Below are positions 28,161-38,267 of a DNA stretch of 64,000 nucleotides, in pieces. The translations under genes were made by a program, and so were the position numbers. The notes below the pieces were generated by a model that was not told where the DNA came from, made no database searches, and saw only the letters and a program-made list of their open reading frames with translations. Origin of the DNA: Dehalococcoidia bacterium. Lineage in GTDB: Bacteria; Chloroflexota; Dehalococcoidia; Plut-88900. The DNA is taken from NCBI GenBank assembly GCA_965207225.1, contig CBDBLV010000005.1:2012974-2076973 (forward strand), written 5' to 3'. Positions within the stretch are counted from its first letter, which is position 1, and each line of letters starts with the position of its first letter.

Positions 28161-30284
28161 TCACTCGCAGACCACGCCGTCGTTGTCGGCGTCGTTCATG
28201 TACTCGTATGCGGGATGTCCACGGCGCACAGGAGCAATGCCGTGGTTGCGCGCCTCCGCGCAGGTGATGCGGCCGTTCCCGTTGTCGTCGTACAGCTCTA
28301 GGGCGTTGTTGACTGCTCCGTCTCCTCGCGCAGTAGCGGGGGTCGGTGTAGGGGCGGGAGCTTCTCGCACAATCATCTCAGTGGACGTGCAGCCCGACAA
28401 GATGCTCTCCAGGGCGTCACGTTCGCTTTCGTCGATGGTCAGGTGATATCTCTCCTTGACCTCGACGACGCGGTTCGCAAACCAGCAATGATTCAGGTCG
28501 GGGACCCATTCGGCGACATCCTTGCCGCTCTTCTGGTGGCGATTCACCGAGGGACTGGCCAGGGTGAGATTGATCAGGTCTGAGGCAAACCGTCGTCTCG
28601 TTGCGGAGTCCGCTGCGCAGAGGCCGCTGTCGTGGGCCTCGGAGCGTGCGACGATATGCTCGATATCGGTGTCCGACGTGCTATCGAACCAGCTTCCCGT
28701 GTATGGGCCGTAGACGATGCCTCCCATGCTGTCAACGATTTCTTGCTCCACGGACTGGGGATAACGGTAGTCGTCAGCGTCATATGTCGAGCAGCGGTCT
28801 TCTGGCGCAACCACAAGCCCGCGCCAGGTACCCAGACGATTGTGGGCTTCTGAACCAGTATTGAGGTCAATTTCAAGGACGCAGCCGGTCTTGAAGTACT
28901 TGTCGGTATCGAGAATCTCGACGTAGAACTGCCCTCTCGCGTTGTCTATGGCAATGACGTCCGACAACTCCCCCGACACTCCGCTCAGGCGAGTCCATGA
29001 GCAAGAGTCCAGCGCCCCAGTTCCCGCCATCCCTGCATATACGCCAGGTCGGATGTCTCGTCCTACGATGTGCGTGCCGATCTCAATCTTTGACAACGGC
29101 TCATCTGGTGTGGGCCAGTCATCAAGGTGGGTCATGGAGCAGCCGGTCTTGAAGTACTTGTCGGTATCGAGAATCTCGACGTAGAACTGCCCTCTCGCGT
29201 TGTCTATGGCAATGACGTCCGACAACTCCCCCGACACTCCGCTCAGGCGAGTCCATGAGCAAGAGTCCAGCGCCCCAGTTCTCGCCATCCCTGCGTATAC
29301 GCCAGGTCGGATGTCTCGTCCTACGATGTGCGTGCCGATCTCAACCTTTGACAACGGCTCATCTGGTGCGGGCCAGTCATCAAGGTGGGTCATGGAGCAG
29401 CCGGTCTTGAAGTACTTGTCGGTATCGAGAATCTCGACGTAGAACTGCCCTCTCGCGTTGTCTATGGCAATGACGTCCGACAACTCCCCCGACACTCCGC
29501 TCAGGCGAGTCCATGAGCAAGAGTCCAGCGCCCCAGTTCCCGCCATCCCTGCATATACGCCAGGTCGGATGTCACTACCGACCTCGTACGTTCCAGGATC
29601 GAATCCAGCTTGGATGGTGGTCATCGGCTCCGGTGTTTCCGTGGGGGTTTGAGTCGATGCTGGTGTCGGTCTCGGTCCCGGATTGACAGTAGGAGGGATG
29701 CTCGTAGCGGTGGGGTCAGGCTTCGGTGTCGATACTGGCTCAGAAGTCATAGAATCGGAAGTAGTTACTTCTATGCTGATCTCTTGGCCTTCCACCCCTC
29801 CTAAACCAATTGCTCTTATGCGGTACTTGTGCTCTTCGCCGCTTCTGAGTCCCGCGTCGGTAAACATTGCCTCCGATACGAAGTGATGCTCGTCAAGGCC
29901 CAAGAATACGTCTCGGGTCACTTCATAACGTTCGACAGTAACCACATCGCTGTTTACTGGAGGTTTCCATTTGAGCGTGATTGAGTTCTCAGTAACACTG
30001 GCTACCTCAAGGTTCTGAATGACACCTGGAGGGGCGGCAGCAGAGGTGGGAGTGTCAGTCGATGCGGGCGTTGGCGTCACCAAAGGTGCCGACGTGGGGG
30101 TGTCAATCAGCGTGGGTGTTGGAGTTGCCGTAGGTGCCGGTGTGGAGGTGTCGATCGGCGTAGATTGCTCGTCGCTACATGCGGCCAGAGACATGACGAA
30201 AAGGACCACTACGAGGCTGATTAACATCACCGGGCGGGCTCTCTCCCGTGACCGTGTACGTATCGACGCCTCAAGCCTCTTCAT
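28161..30284 (-). CDS. Lipoprotein: FN3, three 86-aa repeats, DUF1524/HNH-like nuclease, Excalibur Ca-binding domain
   Basis: LAAC lipobox, DIEHIVA...N..S.N, DADNDGVVCE. Confidence 0.85.
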   Translation of the reverse strand: MKRLEASIRTRSRERARPVMLISLVVVLFVMSLAACSDEQSTPIDTSTPAPTATPTPTLIDTPTSAPLVTPTPASTDTPTSAAAPPGVIQNLEVASVTENSITLKWKPPVNSDVVTVERYEVTRDVFLGLDEHHFVSEAMFTDAGLRSGEEHKYRIRAIGLGGVEGQEISIEVTTSDSMTSEPVSTPKPDPTATSIPPTVNPGPRPTPASTQTPTETPEPMTTIQAGFDPGTYEVGSDIRPGVYAGMAGTGALDSCSWTRLSGVSGELSDVIAIDNARGQFYVEILDTDKYFKTGCSMTHLDDWPAPDEPLSKVEIGTHIVGRDIRPGVYAGMARTGALDSCSWTRLSGVSGELSDVIAIDNARGQFYVEILDTDKYFKTGCSMTHLDDWPTPDEPLSKIEIGTHIVGRDIRPGVYAGMAGTGALDSCSWTRLSGVSGELSDVIAIDNARGQFYVEILDTDKYFKTGCVLEIDLNTGSEAHNRLGTWRGLVVAPEDRCSTYDADDYRYPQSVEQEIVDSMGGIVYGPYTGSWFDSTSDTDIEHIVARSEAHDSGLCAADSATRRRFASDLINLTLASPSVNRHQKSGKDVAEWVPDLNHCWFANRVVEVKERYHLTIDESERDALESILSGCTSTEMIVREAPAPTPTPATARGDGAVNNALELYDDNGNGRITCAEARNHGIAPVRRGHPAYEYMNDADNDGVVCE
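28881..29573. repeat. 258 bp tandem repeat, about 2.7 near-identical copies
   Basis: Units start at 28881, 29139 and 29397. Confidence 0.95.
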
Positions 30285-30314
30285 TTAGACCTCCAACCTG
30301 AACCTCAACTGAAA

Positions 30315-30365
30315 GGTTCTTGATTTTGTCAAGTCTGGTGGACCGATGCTTTCTGGAACGGCCCT
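30315..30365. other. att junction between element B and herA
   Basis: GGTTCTTGATTTTGTCAAGTCTGGT-GG followed by herA sequence. Confidence 0.85.
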
Positions 30366-30566
30366 TGCACCAACTTCGGCGACTATACCGAACAGATCTT
30401 GGTACCCTTGAGGCACTCTGATGAAGCTGCCGACCTGCCCCACCTTATAGGTCTGCCCCCCGAATATGGACAAACCCGAGTCAATTGATTTAGCGAGGTG
30501 GACACTAAGGGTCGCGCCCGATACGACTGCGATAGTGCCAAGATAGGTAGGATCACGACTAAGCAT
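30340..30566 (-). pseudogene. herA: HerA ATPase, N-terminal 75 codons only
   Basis: VGQVGSFIRVPQGYQDLFGIV HAS-barrel-like start; overlaps the SIR2 stop; ends at the att centre. Confidence 0.8.
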
Positions 30567-31808
30567 TTGGGGACTCCGCTGCAACTTGTGAGTCCTTGCT
30601 GCCCGCCGTATCCTCTGTTTCATCTTGCGCTGGGGAAGTAAGTCTATGTGCCTGCGTCAATGCTAGGAACCTCGCAAGCATAGCAAAGTCTCCTAGGAGA
30701 AACTCTCCAGCATGCCCATCGGAAGAGGGCTTCCAGAACGTCTGCTGAATATCTTGCCATTCCTCATTGGGGGTCGCACCTGACACCCACTGTCCCTCAA
30801 TGCTATTGATGATGGCACCATCACGGGCGTAAACGCTTAGGTTGGGACGAGACCTCGCCATAGAGATGACCGTCTGTTCTTCATCAAGCACTCTGTATTG
30901 AAACGCGAAGATAGCTGAATGAGCATTGGCTGCCATTGCTTCGTCCAGCACAGCACAGATGTGAGAATCAAAGAACGAGAACCCAGTGCATATGAGGAGG
31001 GTGTCTGGAGTCGTCAAGAATGTACGTAGCCTTTCAAAAAGAGCGGAATACGGAAGCCGTGATACCTGGTCATATTTGAGGTGATCAGGATAAATCAACC
31101 CCGTCGCTTCTCTCCTTCCGGTTCTAACCACCGTATCTCCAGACACTTCCCAGCCAAGAGAACCGTGAAGCTTCCACAGTAAGGACCATCGAGCCGGAAG
31201 GTCTTCGTTGGACACACTTGCGGGGTCAAAAACGGCCTATATGAACCACTAAAACCATCAAAGTAAGGGACTCTGGCCCGCTCAAAAGCCTCTTCCATCA
31301 GCAGATCGTAGTTTGGAGTAAACACCTCTATGGAATGTTTCCGACGAGTACCTGCAATCCAGGAGGCGACTTCCGAATAGGGATTAGGAGCATTCGGCAA
31401 GCTAGCACTGACACATCTTCCAATCTCATCACAAATGCGCTGGGCCATTGAATCGTAGGCGGTCGCATCCAAGCCATGTACGCATGAGCTTCCGATAGCC
31501 TGCGCGAGTCTCCGAACCTGTGTTAGGACGGTTTCAATGTTGATGGGCTCCTTTAGTTGGGGCTTCAGTTTGTCGATAACCTGGCGGTCTGTTTCACTCA
31601 ATGCCTCAATAACAGAGTCGGTCAAGCCAGCTACGTCAGGCACTAAATCGTGACCACCGTGCTCAATAATCTGATTGTCTTGGTCTACACGAATGGCAGT
31701 CGGAGCACCAGCACCGATCAATATGCCGATACGTTTCCGACCCTGAGCGAGTGTCTGTCTCAGGTCGATCATATATCTATTCGGATTGTGTATAGTTACG
31801 TTCTGCAT
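30559..31808 (-). pseudogene. SIR2-family protein, frameshifted
   Basis: LIGAGA, FTPNYDLLME, KLHGSL, GFSFFDSHI; one T missing at 31228-31232 (T5 where PFFD needs T6). Confidence 0.85.
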
Positions 31809-31946
31809 CGCTTAAGCTCGAACACTAGGCAAGGGAATCACCCCCGAAAGCTTCTGAGGGCAACCCTATCGTCTGCGCTAGGGGAAAGAGACTAGCCAGC
31901 CAGCTTCTATCCCTGCCAAGACCTTGCCTCTTCAGTTCTTGTTGTA

Positions 31947-34900
31947 TCACGAAGGTGCCTCAGCTCGCGCCAGCAATTCCGGTAAGTCGTAATTCACGCT
32001 CGTCACCCCAAAGTCCGGCTCCCGGCGAAACGGCTGGCGAACGTAGTGGACCCGTTCTGTTTCTCCATTCTGGAACTCCACGATAGCCAAGATATAGTCC
32101 TCAGGCTTGTTGAGCGACGTGAGGACCTCGTTCTTAGTCACTGTCACCGTCGGCGCACCCTGAACTCTTCCCTTCACCTCGATGAACCGCAGCTTGCCTG
32201 TGCCGGGTACCCGGCTCTCGATGTCGTAGCCGAGCTTGTCCACCTCCCGGTCCACAGGCTCGAACCCTAGGTTGCGCTCCACCTCCATAATCACAGCCCT
32301 AGCCCGTGCAGCCGAGGCTTGGGTGTCAGGGGTCGTTGTAGACGTGCTGACCTCGCCCTTCATCTTGCGCAGGAGACCGGCAGGCACCACTAGCACTCCA
32401 CCTAGCACCACGGGGGGCAGCGGAGAGAGCTGGCGCTCGCGTTGAATCTCATCCATCCGCTTCTGCAACCGTGCCTGAAGGTCGTCGGCTCTACGATGGG
32501 CTTCGGAGGAGTTGAGACGTGCATTTGGCTTTCCCGCCTGCTCTTGCATCTGGAGGTCTGCAGCCCGGTGGTCCCAGTAGGCTATTTCCTTGGTCAGGCG
32601 TTCCTTGACCGCGGCTTCGGTCTTCGAGAGAAGGCCCAGCTTCCGCGACCGTACCGATTCAAGATGACCAGGAACCAGATGGGACACGGCGTACCCCACG
32701 GCCTTGCTTTCGATGTCGCCGCCAATAAAGCCACACTCAGACCTAGCTACTATCTTCGCCACGGTAGGCTCATTGTCACCCAAGGGTCGGTAGTCGAGGT
32801 AAGGCGCATAGTCCTGTCCCACTGTCTCAAGCTCCGCATCCACTTCGATGTGGAGCATCCTCTTGGAGATGGTCCGCTGCTCTCCAGAGCGGGTGCGGCT
32901 TCCGTCTTGGATACTATGTTCCAAGTAGATGAGGGTACGCGGCTGGTCGCCGTCATCGTTGTCGTCCACCAGCACCGCGCTTTGGCGGAGCAGGTCACGG
33001 TGCCGCTCCAAGGTCAGGTCTATGGTGGCGTCCAGTAATGGATGACCGGGACAGACGAATGCTGCCGGAGGCTGGCCCTGGGGAGCCATCAGCGACTTCT
33101 CAAAAGTAATGCGCTCGTAGCGTTGGAGGACCGGCTCGCCCAGGCCAATCAGACGGTCGCGGTCACGCACCTGGGCCGGAACATGGGACACCTGATAGCG
33201 TCGGTGCTCACGCTCCGTAACCCTGCCCCCTAAACGGAGGAAGGCCTCCAGGAAGAAGGACTCGATGTAGTGTGGCTGGAGTCTTCTAACCTCCGCACGT
33301 TCCATCTCTTCCCGAATCCTGAGCACCTGGCTAGTATCCATCGATTCCTTTACGAGGGCAGACTCCTCAAGGAGGTCCTGGACCTGGCCTCTGTCAAATG
33401 CGTCACTGACCGCCTGTGTCAGCCTGGTTTGGACTTCAGGACGCTCCCCGTAACGAATGGCCTCCAACAGCAGCTCGCGCAGGGGCTTCCCGTCGAATTG
33501 CACCTTGCCCAAGACGTCGAATACTTGCCCACCCAGTGCTTTTCGGGCCTCCTCCAGCTTTTCCAGCAGAGTGTGGTAGACATCTCCTTCCCTGGTCTCC
33601 TCCGCGATCAGGTTCCACAGGTGGCAGACCTCAGTCTGACCGATGCGGTGGATGCGCCCAAACCTCTGCTCAATGCGGTTCGGATTCCACGGAAGGTCGT
33701 AATTCACCATCAAGTGGGCACGCTGCAGGTTGATCCCCTCCGAGGCGGCGTCATTGGCCAGGAGTATCTTCACCTCGGGGTCGTGCAGGAATGATTCCTG
33801 GATAGCCCGTCTGTCCTCCCGCCCTATGCCGCCATGAATCATCACCACAGCTTCCTGACGACCCAAGAGAGTGGTAATCCGCTGGTGAAGGTAGTTGAGG
33901 GTGTCTCTGTGTTCGGTAAAGATGACGAGCTTCTGATGGGGGGAGGGCGTGAATGATTCCTGATCCGCTGACGGTGCGTTCGTGAAGAACCTGTTGAGGA
34001 GACCAGCCAACTCCTGCCACTTCTTGTCTTCGCCGCTGGCCCGCACCTTTCCCGCCACCGATTCCAGCTGTCTCAAACTCCGAATCTCAGCATCAAGCTC
34101 ATCTAACGTCCGCGCCGCCGTGGCGCGGTCCAGTATTTCCTCCTCGGCAGCGGTGGCCTCTTCATCCGGAGCGTCTTCCAAGTCCGCGATATCTTCGTCT
34201 TCCCATTCAGGGACGCTCGCCGATAGCGAGGCGGCGACTTCGGAGCCTCGCTGCAACAGCCGAAGCTCCCGGTGCCGGCTTTCCAGCCGTTCCTTACGTC
34301 TACGTAGAGACTGGTAGATGGCTTCCGGAGAGGATGCCAGCCGACGTTGGAGGATGGTCAGAGCAAACCCGACTGTCCCTGCTCGCTTATCGTTCTGAAG
34401 GGCCTCAGCCCGGTTGAACTCGTCCCGAACGTAGTCGGTCACCTCACGGTACAAGCGAGCTTCGCCGTCGGATAGCTTATAGGGAACTGCGTATGCGCGC
34501 CGCTCTGGGAACAGCGGCGTGGCATCGAACTTAAACAATCGTTCCTTGACCATGCGCCGCATCAAGTCTGAGACGTCTGCTGTATGCACACCATCCCTGA
34601 AGCGGCCCTCAAAACGGTCTCCATCAAGTAGGGACATGAACAGCTGGAAGTCCTCTTCCTTGCCGTTGTGTGGGGTCGCTGTCAGCAGCAAGAAGTGACG
34701 CGTGCGGGTCGAGAGCATCTGGCCCAGACGGTGGCGTTTGGTGTACCTGACTTCGCCTCCGAAGAAGGAGGCCGACATCTTGTGCGCTTCATCGCAGACC
34801 ACCAAGTCCCAACCGCCCTCTCGGGCACGGAGCAGAGCTTGCACGTCCTCGTCCCGGGCGAGCTTGTCCAGTCGAGCTATCGCCAACGGCGTCTCAGAGA

Positions 34901-35489
34901 ACCAGTTGCCCGTGCGAGCGGCCTCCAGCTTGTCGTTGGTCATAATCTCGAACGGTAGGTGGAACCGGCGATAGAGTTCATCCTGCCACTGCTCTGCAAG
35001 GCTTCCGGGGCATACAACGAGGCACCGCTCCAAATCACCACGGGCGACCAACTCTCTGATCAACAGACCAGCCATGATGGTCTTTCCGGCCCCTGGGTCA
35101 TCTGCAAGGAGAAATCTGAGGGGTTGGCGGGTCAGCATCGAGTCGTATACCGCTGTAATCTGATGTGGCAGAGGCTCGACGATGGAAGTATGTACGGCGA
35201 GCACAGGGTCGAAGAGGTGGGCCAGTCGGATTCGCTGGGCCTCTGACACGAGACGGAAGAGGTGGCCGTCTCCGTCGAAGGACCACGGCAGCCCACGCTC
35301 AAGAACCTCCAAGCTGGGCTCGTCGTCCCGGTAGAGGAGGCGAGTGCCCACGTGTCCAGTAGCCGGAGCCTTGTAAGTAAGTTCCATGGCAGAGTCGCCG
35401 AACCACTTAACGCTGATCACCTCTGTAGGCCCGTCCGACAAAACTCCTCGGACAAGGGCGCCAGTTGTCAGGCTCTCAAGATCTGCCAT
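31947..35489 (-). CDS. SNF2-family helicase with C-terminal DUF3883-like nuclease
   Basis: LADDPGAGKT, DEAH, QRFGRIHRIGQ, GYDIES...FIEVKG. Confidence 0.92.
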   Translation of the reverse strand: MADLESLTTGALVRGVLSDGPTEVISVKWFGDSAMELTYKAPATGHVGTRLLYRDDEPSLEVLERGLPWSFDGDGHLFRLVSEAQRIRLAHLFDPVLAVHTSIVEPLPHQITAVYDSMLTRQPLRFLLADDPGAGKTIMAGLLIRELVARGDLERCLVVCPGSLAEQWQDELYRRFHLPFEIMTNDKLEAARTGNWFSETPLAIARLDKLARDEDVQALLRAREGGWDLVVCDEAHKMSASFFGGEVRYTKRHRLGQMLSTRTRHFLLLTATPHNGKEEDFQLFMSLLDGDRFEGRFRDGVHTADVSDLMRRMVKERLFKFDATPLFPERRAYAVPYKLSDGEARLYREVTDYVRDEFNRAEALQNDKRAGTVGFALTILQRRLASSPEAIYQSLRRRKERLESRHRELRLLQRGSEVAASLSASVPEWEDEDIADLEDAPDEEATAAEEEILDRATAARTLDELDAEIRSLRQLESVAGKVRASGEDKKWQELAGLLNRFFTNAPSADQESFTPSPHQKLVIFTEHRDTLNYLHQRITTLLGRQEAVVMIHGGIGREDRRAIQESFLHDPEVKILLANDAASEGINLQRAHLMVNYDLPWNPNRIEQRFGRIHRIGQTEVCHLWNLIAEETREGDVYHTLLEKLEEARKALGGQVFDVLGKVQFDGKPLRELLLEAIRYGERPEVQTRLTQAVSDAFDRGQVQDLLEESALVKESMDTSQVLRIREEMERAEVRRLQPHYIESFFLEAFLRLGGRVTEREHRRYQVSHVPAQVRDRDRLIGLGEPVLQRYERITFEKSLMAPQGQPPAAFVCPGHPLLDATIDLTLERHRDLLRQSAVLVDDNDDGDQPRTLIYLEHSIQDGSRTRSGEQRTISKRMLHIEVDAELETVGQDYAPYLDYRPLGDNEPTVAKIVARSECGFIGGDIESKAVGYAVSHLVPGHLESVRSRKLGLLSKTEAAVKERLTKEIAYWDHRAADLQMQEQAGKPNARLNSSEAHRRADDLQARLQKRMDEIQRERQLSPLPPVVLGGVLVVPAGLLRKMKGEVSTSTTTPDTQASAARARAVIMEVERNLGFEPVDREVDKLGYDIESRVPGTGKLRFIEVKGRVQGAPTVTVTKNEVLTSLNKPEDYILAIVEFQNGETERVHYVRQPFRREPDFGVTSVNYDLPELLARAEAPS

Positions 35490-36250
35490 CCTAATTCTTC
35501 CTGTGGGAGATGGTTTTCATCATACTCTGAGAGAAGTGCAAAATGCAGGCACTCGTCTGCAATGTGGTTAAGAGTGTTTAAGTCCGTGGCTACGAATACC
35601 ACAGAAAGTCAGCTGACAGTCTTCTGTGCTTGAAAGCACCGAACCATTGGATGGGCTTCATTGGAACGTATGATACGGGAAGCGGTGCGGTCGTGCTTGG
35701 TCGCGGCTCACGACCGTGCCCACCAGAGTTTACGACTGACCGCGTGGCCCATCTAGATGTCGATGATCACCCGGACGCCGTAACAGTCGGCCAGCGACTC
35801 GAGGACGCTATCGCCACGACCGCACAGCGGACGGCTTCCACGATCGCTGGTGATAGCCGCTGCATCGGCATGGCGCTGAAAAAGCCTGACCGAGCAGCGG
35901 AAGGCTGAGGCGGCCTACTTCACCTGGACGACGAGTAGGTCGCACCCCTGCACCAACCGTCGACCGGCCTCCGTGTCGAGGACCGCGCGGCAGGTAGGGC
36001 CGTCTCAGACTATCACGCCGTCAATGAGTCGTCGGCTCTGCCGTCTCTCATGGTGTCTCACTTTTGCTGGTTGCCAACAGTGGGCGATCGGCCTCTAGCT
36101 GGCACGTGGTAGGACGACACGTTTCTCTCCAGTTGTCATTATCCTTCTGAGACAGGCTCCTTGGAACAGTCTTGGAGGCAGATCACGACGAGTAGCCGGT
36201 GCCTAGTGGCTCAGCGATGGCCAAGTAGGAGATCGTCGTCAGCCCTCTAA

Positions 36251-37057
36251 TCACTCGTCGACAACTTCTACTTCATACACCTTGGTCAGGCCCAATTCAG
36301 ACGTCCAGACTACGGTACAGGTGGAGCTAAGCTTGCCAATACAGTAGTTCTCATACTGCTCGTCGGTAACCACTCCATCATCTACTTCCACGCTGGCCGG
36401 AATAGAAACGCTGAACAAGCCTCTGCCCCTCAACCAAGTCTGTGACCAGTAGTCATTACCGTTCGGCCACGCCAAGCCTTCAACTCTGACTCCCCACACG
36501 ATACTAGGCGCTGACAGTCCGCCGCCTCCAAGCCAGAGATACTCGTCTCCGCCCTCTTTCCAGACAGTTATGTTATTCCGCACTGTCAGGCTGCTGACTT
36601 CCAAGTCGTCCGGGATTACCGCGTCCGCACCAGCAGGGCCAGGTTCCCCTTTCTCGCCTGGATCACCTTTAGCCCCAGGCTCACCGCGTTCCCCCTGAGG
36701 GCCAAGGTCGCCCTTTGCGCCCGGGGCACCGCGTTCTCCTTGGGGGCCACGCTCGCCCTGGGCTCCAACTGCGCCCTGAGCGCCGACGGGACCCTGCGGG
36801 CCAACGTCACCGAGCTCTCCCTGAGGGCCGGGCTCACCGCGCTCACCTGGAGAGCCAGCAGAACCACGCGGGCCTACCTGACCCCGCTCTCCCTGAGGGC
36901 CGGGCTCACCTTGGGGGCCGCGTTCACCAGGCAGCACCTCGATCTTCTCAACTTCCGCTGCGACTTGTTCGCGGACCATCTCCTGTATGTCAGCCTCCGT
37001 TGGCCCGCACGCAATGGCAAGCACTACCACAAGGACGATCAATGGTGCTAACTTCAA
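36251..37057 (-). CDS. Collagen-like lipoprotein
   Basis: LAIAC lipobox and about 33 Gly-X-Y triplets. Confidence 0.85.
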   Translation of the reverse strand: MKLAPLIVLVVVLAIACGPTEADIQEMVREQVAAEVEKIEVLPGERGPQGEPGPQGERGQVGPRGSAGSPGERGEPGPQGELGDVGPQGPVGAQGAVGAQGERGPQGERGAPGAKGDLGPQGERGEPGAKGDPGEKGEPGPAGADAVIPDDLEVSSLTVRNNITVWKEGGDEYLWLGGGGLSAPSIVWGVRVEGLAWPNGNDYWSQTWLRGRGLFSVSIPASVEVDDGVVTDEQYENYCIGKLSSTCTVVWTSELGLTKVYEVEVVDE

Positions 37058-37779
37058 GGGACTCCTCCTTTCTTTTCACTCCAGACGGAGGTCCAGGGCG
37101 GATGCACACCCCTAGTGTCCTGTTGTCCGTCAACTGACTGAGGTCGGCCTCTTGTAGAATCGATATATCCTAGGCCTCTAGCCCACGCATGAACGCTGAT
37201 CCATCCGAATTCCCTAACTCCCTGCCAGTCCCCGGTATCCGCGAGTGCTCGCCGTGGGCAACGATGAACTTGCCCCGAATGGCGCGGGCCCCCCAACGTA
37301 GGTCATGACTCGAAACGGGAAAGCGGATCTCAATGCTCTCCGATACCGAACCAGCGAGTATCAACTCCACTGCCTCATCGGGACTGGATACCAGCCGCCC
37401 TTCGCCACCGTACCAAGCTTCGAAATTGCACCCCCTGGGGGGACACGCATACCTCCCAACGCGGTGTTGGTTGCAGTTTCATTATATAGGACGCGTATGA
37501 TTTAGCAGTTAAGTTATCAGCCTTCTAAACTGCACTTGTTGTGACTTTAGTGTAAAGTTAGTAGTCTGGCCGCAATTGTCCAAGTCCTCCTCCTTGGTCT
37601 CCGGTCGTGGAAACGATCGGGCGCGACAAGTCCCAACCGAGGTCGGAGAGTGAATCGAGATGGTGACTTGGTACAAGAAATCCAATTCCAGCGGGAACGG
37701 CAGTCCAAGCTGAGCGAAGCTAGTGGCTGTCCGGGCTATGGCTAGAGCAGTGCTAGGGGAAAGAGGGAGCCTCCAACTA

Positions 37780-37995
37780 TTGTGGTGTCTGTGTGGAATC
37801 GGAGCCCGGCGAGTCCGACACGGCCAACAAGTGCTCCGTTGCCGTAGTCGTCACCGTGCTGCCTCCCTCATCCGACCTGACGGTCGAAACCCTACCGGCG
37901 GACGATAAGGGACTCATGGCGGACCAATCTTTCACGCTGAGCGCCACCGTGCGGAGCCGGGGTGACGGACCCTCCGGGCCGACCACGCTCATAGA
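37780..37995 (+). pseudogene. CARDB-like domain fragment
   Basis: ESDTANKCS...DLTVE...FTLSATVRSRGDGPS with no credible start. Confidence 0.5.
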
Positions 37996-38267
37996 TTTCA
38001 GAGGTTCGCCGGGGCTCGGCATCGATATCGGGACACCTCGAATGAGGACGTCGAGGCTATGAGTCCGCCTGCCCAACGCGATCGGCTAGTAAACGCGATC
38101 GGCTCATATGGGAGCCATCCGTCATCATTGAGAACGATAGGAGCGCCGCACTTTAGCCGAGCAAAGACAAGGTCAACGTCACTTGAGTCATCTCACCTGT
38201 CGTTGCGAAGGCAAGGTCGATCTCTTCTCCGAATTTCGCGACAACGAGAGTCAGGCAGGACCGTCAC

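Larger units (their letters stand above)
19375..30339. mobile_element. Integrative mobilizable element B (~11 kb)
   Basis: Terminal 25 bp arms are inverted repeats (21/25 identical), each next to GG; integrase and relaxase but no T4SS. Confidence 0.85.

Noticed and set aside
37425-37455. Degenerate tRNA 3'-like sequence on the minus strand
   Set aside because: No TTCGA loop; too weak
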